Numbered from the stretch's first letter, positions 41,231 through 52,068 are shown. The stretch is 64,000 bases of DNA from an uncultured Bacteroidales bacterium (GCA_963816365.1 CAWFKG010000018.1:24950-88949), one strand, 5' to 3'. Notes: a model not told the origin generated them from the sequence alone. Translations and numbers: made by a program.

Positions 41231-42480
41231 TCAGAATGAAAAACCGATTGCTTCAACCGGGTTCATTTTAGCTGCTGTATTTGCAGGTGCATAACCTGCC
41301 ACAACACCTATTAGACCGGAGATGAATACAGCAAGAAGCATGTTGGCAAGGGTAAGATACATATTCAGTTCATACAGGTAATTGACAATCAGGGTGCCTA
41401 TAAATATCATTAAAACTCCCAGTAATCCGCCGATTACCGAAAGTAGAACTGATTCAACAAGGAACTGCTGGAGAATAAAGAATTTCTTTGCACCGAGAGC
41501 TTTCTGTATACCAATAATATTTGTCCTCTCCCTTACAGAAACAAACATTATATTTGCTATTCCGAAACCGCCTACAAGTATTGCGAATCCACCGATTACC
41601 CAGCCTCCGATATTAATGCCCGCAAAAACACCGCTGAAACTCTGAGAGATCAAGCTTGCCCTGTTAATTGAAAAATTACTCAATTTGATTTGGCTGGAGT
41701 CTTCTTGAAGCTCTTAAGATCATTGTCGCTTCATCACTTAGTTCCTGTACAGGGATACCCTGCCTTGGCTTTTACCATTATAGTTGCATTGAGAAAATTA
41801 TTTTTCATATTTATAAAGGTCTTGCCAAAGTTAAGCGGAACTAATGTCTGATCATCCATACCGTTATCACCTATTCCTCCTTTTCCTTCCTTTTTAAATA
41901 CTCCGATAACATTCGTTCTTTTTCCTGCAATTGTTATCTGTTTTCCGACAGGATCAGCTTTATCAAACAGTCTTTCAGCAATAACTGCTCCAATAATTGC
42001 AACGTTTTTCCCCGCAGCTGATTCCTCAGGTGAAAAATACCGGCCTTTTTCGATTTCAAATGATCTGATATTTTCAAATTCGGAAGTAACCGCCCATACA
42101 TTTGCATCACTTGCCAGATTCTTCCTGTATTTTATCTGTTCAGGCTGTGTAATCGTAAAGCAAGCTGCAGCTGTTTTTGTAGATTTATTCAGAATAGCCT
42201 GATAATCATCATCTGAAACAGCAGGCCATTTGATAATATCCCACCATTGAAGATTAGGATTGAGGCCCCAGGGCCATTTATTAATGTATATTACATTATC
42301 ACCCAGCGATGAAATGGAGTCATGTATCGATTTTTCCATCCAGTCCAGAACTGTAAATACGGATATAATAGAAAAGATCCCTATCGTAATGCCGAAAAGT
42401 GAAAGGAAAGTCCTTAACTTATTAACAATAACTGATTTAAAAGCAAAAATAAATCCCTCTCTTAAAAGTCTGAAAAACAT
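41231..42480 (-). CDS. FtsX/MacB-like ABC transporter permease, paralog 2; frame broken once or twice near 41690-41760
   Basis: [39 protein letters not shown]... and the C-terminal FtsX domain are collinear with paralog 1. The start is set at the internal Met that matches paralog 1. Confidence 0.82.
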
Positions 42481-42635
42481 TTGGCTTTTTAGATTAAAAT
42501 TTATAATGAGTGACAAAGATACTAAAATCATTCTAAGGTTAATTATCATATCTTATATGTATGAGGTTAATAAAAAAATATCTATTTTTAGACGCCAGTA
42601 TAGGGGCTTCCAAGGACGGTCGTAATTATCATATA

Positions 42636-44163
42636 ATGAGTGACAAACGAATTCAAAGTGCTCTGATTTCAGTTTTTTATAAAGATGGATTAGCCGAAAT
42701 AGTGAACATTCTTTATAAATTGGATGTAAAGATTTATTCAACAGGAGGCACTTTTGATTTTATTCATGATCTTAAAATACCTGCTGAAAAGGTTGAAGAT
42801 CTGACTACGTATCCTTCTATTCTTGGAGGAAGAGTTAAAACCCTTCATCCTTCTGTTTTTGGGGGTATTCTGGCCAGAAGGGAAAATCCGGGGGACATTG
42901 AACAGCTTTCAAAATACAGAATACCTGAGATTGATCTCGTTATTGTTGACCTTTATCCGTTTGAGGAGACACTGGCTTCATCAGATGCAGAAGAGCAGAT
43001 TATTGAAAAGATAGATATCGGCGGTATATCTCTTATCAGGGCCGCTGCAAAAAATTTTAACGATGTTCTTGTTGTTTCGGGGCGGGAACAGTACTCCGAT
43101 CTTCTTAAATTATTAAAAGAAAAACAAGGATCATACATCAATAAGCTGACAGAAGGCTGTTTGCAGCTAAAGCATTTCAAGACCTCCTCTCATTACGATA
43201 CAACAATCTTTAATTATTTTAACAGACAGGCATCGATCCCAGCTTTCAGGGAAAGTATAAATAAGTCATATCCTTTACGTTATGGAGAAAATCCACATCA
43301 GAAAGGAATATTTTATGGCGACACAAGCCTGATATTTGAGAAACTTCACGGGAAAGAAATTTCTTATAATAACCTGCTCGACCTTGATGCGGCTCTGAAC
43401 CTTATTGATGAGTTCGTAAAGCCCACATATGTAATTATAAAGCATAATAACGCCTGTGGTGTTGCTTCACGGGAAAACCAAACCGATGCCTGGAAGGATG
43501 CCCTGGCTTGTGACCCGGTTTCAGCTTATGGAGGCGTTATAGTCACCAATACTCCAGGTTGATGAGATTACAGCATCTGAAATCGATAAAATATTTTTCG
43601 AAATAATTATTGCTCCGGAATTTACTGAGCCGGCACTTGGAATCCTCAAACAAAAAAAGAACCGGATTATTCTTGTCAGGAATGATTCCGATAGGAATAA
43701 TTACAGTTTCAGGTCACTCCTTAACGGCGTCTTGTGGCAGCAGAGAGATAACAGTACAGAAACTGCCGCACAGATGAAGACGGTCACAACAAGGGCTCCA
43801 TCACCGGCAGAATTTGAAGATCTGGTTTTTGCCAATATAATTGTCAAGCACAGTAAATCGAATGCAATTGTAATTGCAAAGAACAATCAGTTGTGTGCCA
43901 GTGGTATAGGACAGACTTCCAGGGTTGATGCATTGAAACAGGCCATTGAAAAAGCAAAGACATTCGGATTCGATCTGAAAGGATCAGTTTTGGCATCGGA
44001 TGCTTATTTCCCTTTTGCCGACAGTGTTGAGATAGCTCACAAAGCCGGCATTACTGCAATAGTACAGCCCGGGGGATCTGTCAGGGATCAGGAATCAATT
44101 GATTATTGTTCAGCAAATGGAGTAGCAATGGTTTTTACAGGAGTGAGGCATTTTAAACATTAA
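42636..44163 (+). CDS. purH: Bifunctional AICAR transformylase / IMP cyclohydrolase; frame broken at least twice (~43560, ~43700)
   Basis: MSDKRIQSALISVFYKDGL...STGGT, GRVKTLHP.V.GGIL.RR, DLVIVDLYPF, IDIGG.SLIRAAAKN, LRYGENPHQ; the C-terminal fragment is ...AIVIAKNNQ..GIGQTSRVDA...ASDAYFPF.D......GI.AIVQPGGS.RD.....C...G.AMVFTG.RHFKH. Confidence 0.9.
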
Positions 44164-44194
44164 ATATTAAATACTAAATTAATTAGCTCATATA

Positions 44195-45217
44195 ATGGGA
44201 CTATTTTCATTTTTAACACAGGAAATTGCAATCGATCTCGGTACTGCAAACACAATCATTATTCACAATGATAAAATTGTTGTTGACGAACCTTCCATTG
44301 TGGCAATTGACAAAAACACCGGTAAATTGATAGCAATAGGTGAGAAGGCAAGGCAGATGCATGGCAAGACCCATGAAAACATCAAGACTATCAGGCCTTT
44401 ACGCGATGGGGTAATTGCTGATTTCAATGCAGCTGAACTGATGATAAGGGGAATGATCAAGATGATAAATAAAGGACCACGTCTGTTTTCGCCCTCTCTT
44501 AAAATGGTTGTTTGCATACCTTCAGGCAGTACGGAAGTGGAAATACGTGCTGTTCGTGACTCATCGGAGCATGCCGGCGGACGTGATGTTTATATGATCT
44601 ATGAACCAATGGCTGCAGCAATTGGGATCGGTCTTGATGTTGAAGCACCGGAAGGTTGCATGGTTGTTGATATTGGAGGTGGAACAACTGAAATAGCAGT
44701 AATCGCTCTGGGAGGTATCGTATGCAATAAATCGATCAGGATAGCCGGAGATGGCTTTACAGCTGATATCCAGGCATATATGCGTCATCAGCATAATATT
44801 AAAATAGGTGAGAGTACTGCTGAAGACATAAAGATCGGAGTAGGAGCCGCTCTTCCTGATATAGATAATCCTCCTGCCGATTTTGTAGTCAGAGGACCAA
44901 ACATTATGACTGCACTGCCAATTGAAATACCAATTTCGTATCAGGAGATAGCTTATTGCCTCGATAAATCTTTATCAAAAGTTGAGGCAGCTCTTTTAAA
45001 CGTTCTTGAACAGACACCTCCTGAACTATACGCTGATATAGTAAACAAAGGTATCTATCTGGCAGGTGGAGGAGCTTTACTAAGGGGTCTCGACAGGAGA
45101 TTGACGGATAAGATCAATATCCCGTTTAATGTTGTTGAAGATCCTTTACATGCGGTTGCGCGAGGTACGGGAGTTGCACTTAAAAATGTAGATAGATTTC
45201 CGTTCCTGATGAGATAA
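44195..45217 (+). CDS. mreB: Rod shape-determining protein MreB
   Basis: Intact 340-aa ORF: IAIDLGTANT, RPLRDGVIADF, DIGGGTTEIAVI, GI.L.GGGALLRGLD..L. Confidence 0.96.
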   Translation: MGLFSFLTQEIAIDLGTANTIIIHNDKIVVDEPSIVAIDKNTGKLIAIGEKARQMHGKTHENIKTIRPLRDGVIADFNAAELMIRGMIKMINKGPRLFSPSLKMVVCIPSGSTEVEIRAVRDSSEHAGGRDVYMIYEPMAAAIGIGLDVEAPEGCMVVDIGGGTTEIAVIALGGIVCNKSIRIAGDGFTADIQAYMRHQHNIKIGESTAEDIKIGVGAALPDIDNPPADFVVRGPNIMTALPIEIPISYQEIAYCLDKSLSKVEAALLNVLEQTPPELYADIVNKGIYLAGGGALLRGLDRRLTDKINIPFNVVEDPLHAVARGTGVALKNVDRFPFLMR

Positions 45218-45231
45218 TCTTAGCATTGTGA

Positions 45232-46053
45232 ATGAGGAACCTGCTTAATTTTCTGACCAGATACAGTAATCTGATCATCTTTCTTATTCTTGAAGGAATA
45301 GCTTTTTATTTGATTTCGACCAGGAACAGTTACCACAATTCAAGGATGGTCAATACAGTAATGGGATTGACCAGGGGCATAGAAAGAAAGATAAATACTT
45401 CACGATCGTATCTGAGGCTTCACGAGATAAATGAAACCCTTGCAGCAGAGAATGTTGCACTCAGGAATAACATTGCAAGGCTCGTCAGGAGTGAGAGTCC
45501 TACTTTTTCACAGGCGGCTGACTCAGTATTTAAACAGCAGTATCTGCATTCATCGGCTGAGGTCGTAGAAAATTCAATAAACAGGCAGAGAAATTTTTTT
45601 ACGATAAATAAAGGAGAAAAACAGGGCATAAAAGTTGATATGGCCGTGATCAGTGCCAATAGCATTGCAGGAGTAATAGTAGGCTGTTCAAGCAACTACT
45701 CTGTGGCAATGTCAGTTTTAAACATCGACTTTAAATTAAGCGCCAGGATCAAATCAAATGGTTATTACGGATCTCTCAACTGGGATGGCAGGGATTACAG
45801 ATATGCAACACTGAGTGAAATACCGCAACATGTTCTGGTAAATGTCGGGGATACAATTGAGACAACGGGGTTTTCGGCAATCTTCCCGGAAGGTGTAATG
45901 GTTGGAACTGTCAGTGATTATGAAAAATTTGGCGGTGACTTCTATAAAATCACAATTTTGCTTGCGACTGATTTTAAGAAATTGCATTTTGTGGATGTTA
46001 TTGGAAATTTGAAGAAAAAGGAACAACTTGATCTTGAAAAACTATTCAAATGA
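45232..46053 (+). CDS. mreC: Rod shape-determining protein MreC
   Basis: Intact 273-aa ORF with an N-terminal TM, a coiled coil (LAAENVALRNNIARL) and a beta-rich C-domain. It sits between mreB and mreD. Confidence 0.85.
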   Translation: MRNLLNFLTRYSNLIIFLILEGIAFYLISTRNSYHNSRMVNTVMGLTRGIERKINTSRSYLRLHEINETLAAENVALRNNIARLVRSESPTFSQAADSVFKQQYLHSSAEVVENSINRQRNFFTINKGEKQGIKVDMAVISANSIAGVIVGCSSNYSVAMSVLNIDFKLSARIKSNGYYGSLNWDGRDYRYATLSEIPQHVLVNVGDTIETTGFSAIFPEGVMVGTVSDYEKFGGDFYKITILLATDFKKLHFVDVIGNLKKKEQLDLEKLFK

Positions 46054-46557
46054 TCAATTCAGTTTTGAGATTTGGACTTATTTTTATACTGCTTATACTG
46101 CTTCAGGTATTGCTTCTTGACAATATTCAGTTCAGCGGATACATTAATCCGTATGTTTATTTAATGTTCATTCTTCTCTTGCCAATTGAGATACCAGCAT
46201 GGCTGCTGCTGTTCTTATCTTTTGCAACCGGATTGACTATTGACTTTTTTACCGGAGCGCCCGGAATGCATACATCAGCGACAGTTCTGGCCGGATTCGT
46301 CCGTCCTTATATTCTGAGAATTATCTCTCCAAAAGATGGATATGATCTGGGATTAGATCCTTCGATGATGATTTATGGATTCCGCTGGTTTTTTACTTAT
46401 ACATTGCTAATGATACTTAGTTCATCATACCGCCCTTTTTTATCTTGAAGTCTTTCGTCTGGCGGATTTTTTCAGAACAATGCTGAGAGTGATCTTAAGT
46501 TCATTGTTTTCCATAGCATTTATTCTGCTTATTGAATATTACAGGAAGGGAAGGTAA
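46050..46557 (+). CDS. mreD: Rod shape-determining protein MreD; one frame break near 46430
   Basis: Hydrophobic 132-aa ORF 46050..46448. The last TM (LEVFRLADFFRTMLRVILSSLFSIAFILLIEYY) continues in another frame to the stop at 46555-46557. The ATGA overlaps the mreC stop. Confidence 0.7.
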
Positions 46558-46564
46558 TTGATAA

Positions 46565-48391
46565 TTGATTATGAAAGATGTATTTATTAACAGAAAATAT
46601 GTTATAATGGCACTGATTGTGCTTGCCGCACTTGGTCTGTTAGTGAGATTGTTTATTATTCAGGTTGTAAAAAACTCATACCGGCTATCTGCCGACAATA
46701 ATGTTCTGAGATATGTTACCCAATATCCTGCACGGGGGCTGATCTATGACAGAAACGGGAAACTGATTGTTTATAATCAGGCTGCATACGATCTGATGGT
46801 AGTCCCTGCACAGGTTACAAAGATTGACACGGCCGGATTTTGCGATCTTCTGGGCATAACACCCGACCTGTACAGAAAACAGCTGAAACTGGCAATAAAC
46901 TATTCCAGACGTGCACCATCAGTATTTTTGAAACAGGTCTCTAATGAAACATATGCGAGATTTCAGGAAAAAATGTTCTTGTATCCGGGTTTCTATGTTC
47001 AGCCCCGGACACTCAGGAAATATTCAAAGCCTGTGGCAGCGCATATTCTTGGTTATGTCAGCGAAGTTGATGAGGCACTTATCAGAAAAAATCCATATTA
47101 CAAACCGGGAGATTATATTGGGAAAAGCGGAATAGAAGAGTCATATGAGAAGGAGTTGCGCGGCAGGCGCGGCGTTAAAATCTTCCTGGTCGATGTCTTC
47201 AGCAGGATAAAGGGCTCTTACGCTGAAGGTAAGCTTGATACTCTGGCCGTACAGGGTACAGATATAGTATCCGGTATCGATCTCGATCTCCAGGAGTATG
47301 GGGAACTTCTGATGAAAAACAAGAGGGGAAGCATTGTTGCAATCGAACCCTCAACGGGAGAAGTACTCTCACTTATTTCAGCACCAGATTATGATCCTGC
47401 ACTCCTTGTCGGGCGTGTAAGGTCGGAAAACTTTGCAATGCTTCAGGGAGATACGGTTCAGGAGCCATTATTTAACAGGGCTTTAATGGCATCATATCCT
47501 CCCGGATCAACTTTCAAGCCTATTAACGGATTGATAGGGCTTCAGGAAGGAGTAATCACCCCTGAAACACTTTTTGAGTGTCACCAGGGATACCTTTTCG
47601 TTGCTTGTCATGTTCATCCGTCACCTCTTAGTATAATCGGTGCAATAGGGAATTCATGCAACGCATATTTCTGTCAGGCTTACAGAAGAATACTCGAAAA
47701 TCCTGCTTATAATACTGTTGCGGATGCTTATGACAAGTGGAAAAGCTATGTGAATGAGTTTGGCTTTGGAAATAAACTCGGGACCGATTTTGTTAATGAA
47801 CTTTCTGGAAATATTCCATCCAAGGAATATTTTGATAAATATTACGGTAAGAACAGATGGAAAGCTCTGACTGTTATCTCAATGGCAATCGGACAAGGTG
47901 AAGTCGGCACAACTCCGCTTCAGATGGCAAACTACACAGCTGCAATTGCGAATCGCGGGTTTTACTTCACACCTCATATTGTCAAATCTCTTGGACCCGA
48001 TCATATTATCGACAAAAAATTTACAACAAAACATGAAATAGATATTGATACCGCAAACTTCGGAAAAATTGTTCTTGGAATGGAACAAGCGGTTAGCAGC
48101 GGTACAGCAGCGTCAGTTAAATTAAAAGATATTATTATGTGCGGGAAGACAGGTACTGCGCAAAACCCTCATGGTAAAAATCATTCTGTTTTTATTGCAT
48201 TTGCACCAAAGGATAATCCAAAGATTGCAATTGCCGTCTACGTTGAAAATGCCGGTTTCGGTGCAACATATGCCGCGCCAATTGCTAGTCTTATGATAGA
48301 AAAATATTTAAAAGGACAGATAACCAATAAAGCTCTGGAAAAGAGGATTCTTGATTTGAATCTTGAAAGTCAGGGTACAGTCGGTGAATAG
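46565..48391 (+). CDS. mrdA: Penicillin-binding protein 2 (elongasome transpeptidase)
   Basis: Intact 608-aa ORF: RGLIYDRNG, the active-site motif STFKP, SCN (the SxN motif), KTGTA, and its position before rodA. Confidence 0.92.
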   Translation: MIMKDVFINRKYVIMALIVLAALGLLVRLFIIQVVKNSYRLSADNNVLRYVTQYPARGLIYDRNGKLIVYNQAAYDLMVVPAQVTKIDTAGFCDLLGITPDLYRKQLKLAINYSRRAPSVFLKQVSNETYARFQEKMFLYPGFYVQPRTLRKYSKPVAAHILGYVSEVDEALIRKNPYYKPGDYIGKSGIEESYEKELRGRRGVKIFLVDVFSRIKGSYAEGKLDTLAVQGTDIVSGIDLDLQEYGELLMKNKRGSIVAIEPSTGEVLSLISAPDYDPALLVGRVRSENFAMLQGDTVQEPLFNRALMASYPPGSTFKPINGLIGLQEGVITPETLFECHQGYLFVACHVHPSPLSIIGAIGNSCNAYFCQAYRRILENPAYNTVADAYDKWKSYVNEFGFGNKLGTDFVNELSGNIPSKEYFDKYYGKNRWKALTVISMAIGQGEVGTTPLQMANYTAAIANRGFYFTPHIVKSLGPDHIIDKKFTTKHEIDIDTANFGKIVLGMEQAVSSGTAASVKLKDIIMCGKTGTAQNPHGKNHSVFIAFAPKDNPKIAIAVYVENAGFGATYAAPIASLMIEKYLKGQITNKALEKRILDLNLESQGTVGE

Positions 48392-49808
48392 GAGCGTTAA
48401 TATATGGAACGGTATAGACAAGACTTCAATAGTCCTGTTTTTGCTTCTGATTTTTATGGGTTGGATCAATATTTATGCAGCAGTTTTTAATGAAGAGCAT
48501 GCGGGACTGCTTGACTTTTCTCAGCGTTATGGAAAGCAGTTCCTCTGGATCATTGCATCTCTCGTTCTTGCGGTATTTGTTGTAATAATTGATAACCGGT
48601 TTTATTTCTTTTTCTCCTGGTTCATTTACGGGGTCTGCATGTTACTTTTGCTGCTTGTGATTGTGGTCGGTAAGGAAATTAATGGTGCGAGATCATGGTT
48701 TGAATTTGGAGCAATAAGCCTTCAGCCGTCAGAAATGGCTAAGTTCGGAACTGCCCTTGCACTGGCAAGCTATTTGAACAACCGGAGACAGGAGCTTACA
48801 CGTCTTGGGGTAATAATTCCGGCAGTAGCAATTATTATTTTACCTGTAATCCTGACTCTGCTTCAGCCGGACATGGGATCGGCAATTGTATATTTTTCAT
48901 TATTCATAGTACTGTTCAGGGAAGGAATGAGCCCTTACATTTTTGTATCAGGATTATTGATGCTGGCTCTGTTTTTTCTTACCCTTTTGACCAACAATGT
49001 CACTCTGACAATTGCATTAACAATTGTTGCTTTTATCCTTGTTTGGTTTGCGACACACAAATGGAAATTGATTTTTTTCGGGACAGGTATCTTACTGGTT
49101 GTTACAGGGATAATGTATTTGCTTAAGAATTATGTAATTAGATCTGTGAGTTATGAGATGGTATTATTTATCTCACTCATTCTTTCCGGTGTGGTTTATG
49201 CCTTTTATTTCTTTAACAGGCGAGCCGTATCTGTTCTGATAATTTATCTGTTCCTGATTGGAAGTATCATGTATGTAAATTCGGTTAATTATGCTTTCAA
49301 TAATCTTCTGAAACCTCATCAGAAAGAGAGAGTTGACATTCTGCTCGGATTTAAAACCGATCTGCATGGAACTGGTTATAATGTCAACCAGTCAATAATA
49401 TCAATTGGTTCGGGAGGATTTTCAGGTAAAGGTTTTTTACAGGGGACCCAGACCAAGTTCAAATTTGTGCCAAAACAGAGCTCAGATTTTATCTTCTGTA
49501 CTGTAGGTGAAGAATGGGGATTTATAGGATCAGCTGTTGTGATCGGACTTTATTTATTTCTGCTTCTAAGGCTTATTACTCTGGCTGAACGACAGCGTTC
49601 TGACTTCTCGAGGATATTTGGCTATTGTGTTGTTTCAATACTTTTTACACACATCTTTCTGAATATAGGTATGGCTATTGGTCTGGTACCTGTTATTGGT
49701 ATCCCATTACCCTTTTTAAGTTATGGCGGAAGCTCATTATGGGGTTTTACTATCCTTTTGTTTATTTTCCTCAGGCTAGATGCCAGCCGTACCGAGTATC
49801 TGATATGA
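48363..49808 (+). CDS. rodA: Rod shape-determining protein RodA (SEDS family); start uncertain (TTG 48363 or GVG-overlapping GTG 48384)
   Basis: Polytopic ORF: SLQPSEMAKF, QPDMGSA, the SEDS motifs SDFIFC..GEEWGF and PLPFLSYGGSS. Confidence 0.9.
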   Translation: MKVRVQSVNRSVNIWNGIDKTSIVLFLLLIFMGWINIYAAVFNEEHAGLLDFSQRYGKQFLWIIASLVLAVFVVIIDNRFYFFFSWFIYGVCMLLLLLVIVVGKEINGARSWFEFGAISLQPSEMAKFGTALALASYLNNRRQELTRLGVIIPAVAIIILPVILTLLQPDMGSAIVYFSLFIVLFREGMSPYIFVSGLLMLALFFLTLLTNNVTLTIALTIVAFILVWFATHKWKLIFFGTGILLVVTGIMYLLKNYVIRSVSYEMVLFISLILSGVVYAFYFFNRRAVSVLIIYLFLIGSIMYVNSVNYAFNNLLKPHQKERVDILLGFKTDLHGTGYNVNQSIISIGSGGFSGKGFLQGTQTKFKFVPKQSSDFIFCTVGEEWGFIGSAVVIGLYLFLLLRLITLAERQRSDFSRIFGYCVVSILFTHIFLNIGMAIGLVPVIGIPLPFLSYGGSSLWGFTILLFIFLRLDASRTEYLI

Positions 49809-50420
49809 TCAGAATGGTATTGTTATCCTGTGTGAGATTTCGATCCCGAAATCTTTTTCTACATAATCAATGAGCTGCGGGAAAAATTCCATGAAATCAT
49901 CCTGAAGGGAATAATAGTTTTTTTTAAGAGCATGCATTGCAAATCTGGTTTCATTGGGCAGTGTCGACCGTTTACTCAGAGTGTTGAGCACATGCCGTAT
50001 TCCGCCGAGGGTCTGATACGATTCTATCCAGTTATTTATAATAAAGAATGGCATCATTTCCCTCACATTTTCAGGCATAATTTCGTAGTTGTTCACCAAT
50101 GCCCTGTAAAAATTATAGGTAACGCTTTCCAGTGGTCTCCGGGAAAAAAAATCCCACTCTCTTGTGAGAAAATGGTCGTAAATTATATCGGTTATAACAC
50201 CGGAATATTTATGATATTTTCTGGTAAAAAATATCTTGCTGCGATGAACAACGGGATGACTATCGGTGAAACCATCAATGTGCCTGTGCAATATAATCCC
50301 TTTTCTGATGAGATCCGGGTACTTTAGGTAATCGCGTCCTTTAACATAATCACCTATGTAATTGCCAATGATTATTTTATCAGAATCACCTGAAAGATAT
50401 ATATGAGCCAGCACATTCAT
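49809..50420 (-). CDS. acpH: Acyl carrier protein phosphodiesterase (AcpH family)
   Basis: Intact 203-aa ORF: MNVLAHIYLSGDSD.I.IGN.IGD.VKG..., RHID.FTDSHP. The stop abuts the rodA stop. Confidence 0.8.
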   Translation of the reverse strand: MNVLAHIYLSGDSDKIIIGNYIGDYVKGRDYLKYPDLIRKGIILHRHIDGFTDSHPVVHRSKIFFTRKYHKYSGVITDIIYDHFLTREWDFFSRRPLESVTYNFYRALVNNYEIMPENVREMMPFFIINNWIESYQTLGGIRHVLNTLSKRSTLPNETRFAMHALKKNYYSLQDDFMEFFPQLIDYVEKDFGIEISHRITIPF

Positions 50421-50674
50421 AACATAGCATAATAGTACAAAGAATTTGCCATATACCTTCTCTAATTGAAAACATTTTCTTTAACATGTTTTCAGTGCAC
50501 TCCAATAATAGCATTAACAGATTATTATTCAGAAGATTAGAGCATAAAAACAGCATTTAAAAAAATACTATAAAATGCTCGGAATTCCGGTATGCAAATT
50601 ATACATTTGTTGATTCATTTTAAAATGAAAATTCAGTTCCAGCTAATAAATTTCAAATAAACTAAGGAGGATTT

Positions 50675-52016
50675 ATGACTAAAAAAAATGTCATCATAAT
50701 TGGTGCAGCAGGTCGCGATTTCCATAACTTCAATACTTGCTACAGAGATAATGAGTTTTATAATGTCGTTGCATTTACGGCAGCTCAGATTCCGGATATT
50801 GACGGCAGAAAGTACCCCAGGGAACTGGCCGGCAAATTATATCCTGATGGTATCCCGATCTTTGCTGAAATAAACCTTCCTGATCTTATTAAGAAATATA
50901 AAGTTAATGATTGTGTATTTTCATATAGTGATGTCACTTATCAGAAAGTAATGTCGGTAAGTGCAATTGTGAATGCTGCAGGTGCGAACTTTGTATTACT
51001 CGGACCTTCAGATACCATGGTAAAAAGTACAAAACCAGTTATTGCAGTGGGAGCAATCCGTACAGGTTGCGGTAAGAGTCAGACCTCCAGAAAAGTTATT
51101 GAGCTGCTGATGGAAAAAGGATTAAAAGTGGTGGCAATCCGTCATCCGATGCCTTATGGTGATCTGAATGCCCAGAAAGTTCAGCGATTTGCTGTTGTTA
51201 AGGATCTGGAAAAGCATAAATGTACTGTTGAGGAGATGGAGGAATATGAACCGCATGTAGTCAGAGGAAATGTCATATATGCCGGGGTTGACTATGAAGC
51301 TATCCTTAGAGCAGCAGAAAATGATCCTGCGGGTTGTGATGTTAGTACTTTGGGACGGAGGCAATAATGATTTTCCATTTTACAAACCTGACCTGATGAT
51401 AACTGTTACGGATCCACACCGCGCCGGTCATGAATTAAAATATTACCCTGGTGAAGTCACTCTGCGGATTGCCGATGTTGTAGTAATAAATAAAATGGAC
51501 AGCGCCGGACCTGAAGCTATTCAGATAGTAAGAGAGAGCATTGATAAGGTCAACCCAAATGCAATTGTTGTTGATGGGGCATCTCCGATAAAGGTCGACG
51601 ATTCATCTCTGATCAAAGGCAAAAGAGTGCTTGTTGTCGAAGATGGTCCTACTCTCACTCATGGTGAAATGAAGCTGGGTGCAGGTATTGTAGCTGCAAA
51701 GAAATTCGGGGCTGCCGAACTTGTTGATCCGCGCCCATATACCGTTGGCAGACTGAGTGAAACCTTCAGGTTATATCCAAATATTGGCACTCTGCTCCCT
51801 GCAATGGGTTATGGTGATCAGCAATTAAAAGATCTGGAAACGACAATTAATAATACCGATTGTGACAGTGTTATCATTGCCACTCCAATTGATCTGAACA
51901 GGATCATCAAGATCAAAAAACCAAATACCAGGGTTTATTATGATCTGCAGGAGATTGGCGATCCGAATCTTTCCCAGGTTATTGATGAATTTGTGAAGAA
52001 GTATAAGCTCAATTAG
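50675..52016 (+). CDS. COG2403-type P-loop protein (predicted GTPase / cyclic 2,3-diphosphoglycerate synthetase-like); one frame break near 51340
   Basis: VIIIGAAGRDFHNFN..., GAIRTGCGKSQTS (P-loop), then VLWDGGNNDFPF...VINKMD in the second ORF. It is preceded by a strong AAGGAGG. The family assignment comes from memory of the motif pattern. Confidence 0.65.
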
Positions 52017-52068
52017 ATACCTTTTCCAGATACAGAATCCTTCTATAGATTGATTCAGGATTGGATCC

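Noticed and set aside
50590-50640. ARG-box-like sites upstream of the COG2403 gene (TATGCAAATTATACAT; TGAAAATTCA)
   Set aside because: They are single half-matching palindromes of the wrong length compared with the 29145-29179 pair, and there is no 21-bp phased partner. The evidence is too weak to report as a site.
1-52016. An alternative genetic code (TGA or other stop reassignment) as the explanation for the fragmented genes
   Set aside because: At the junctions I resolved, the recognisable protein continues in a different frame, not past an in-frame stop. Reading through the stop in the same frame gives unrelated sequence and quickly hits further stops (for example rplU: ...DNR*EVTK*).
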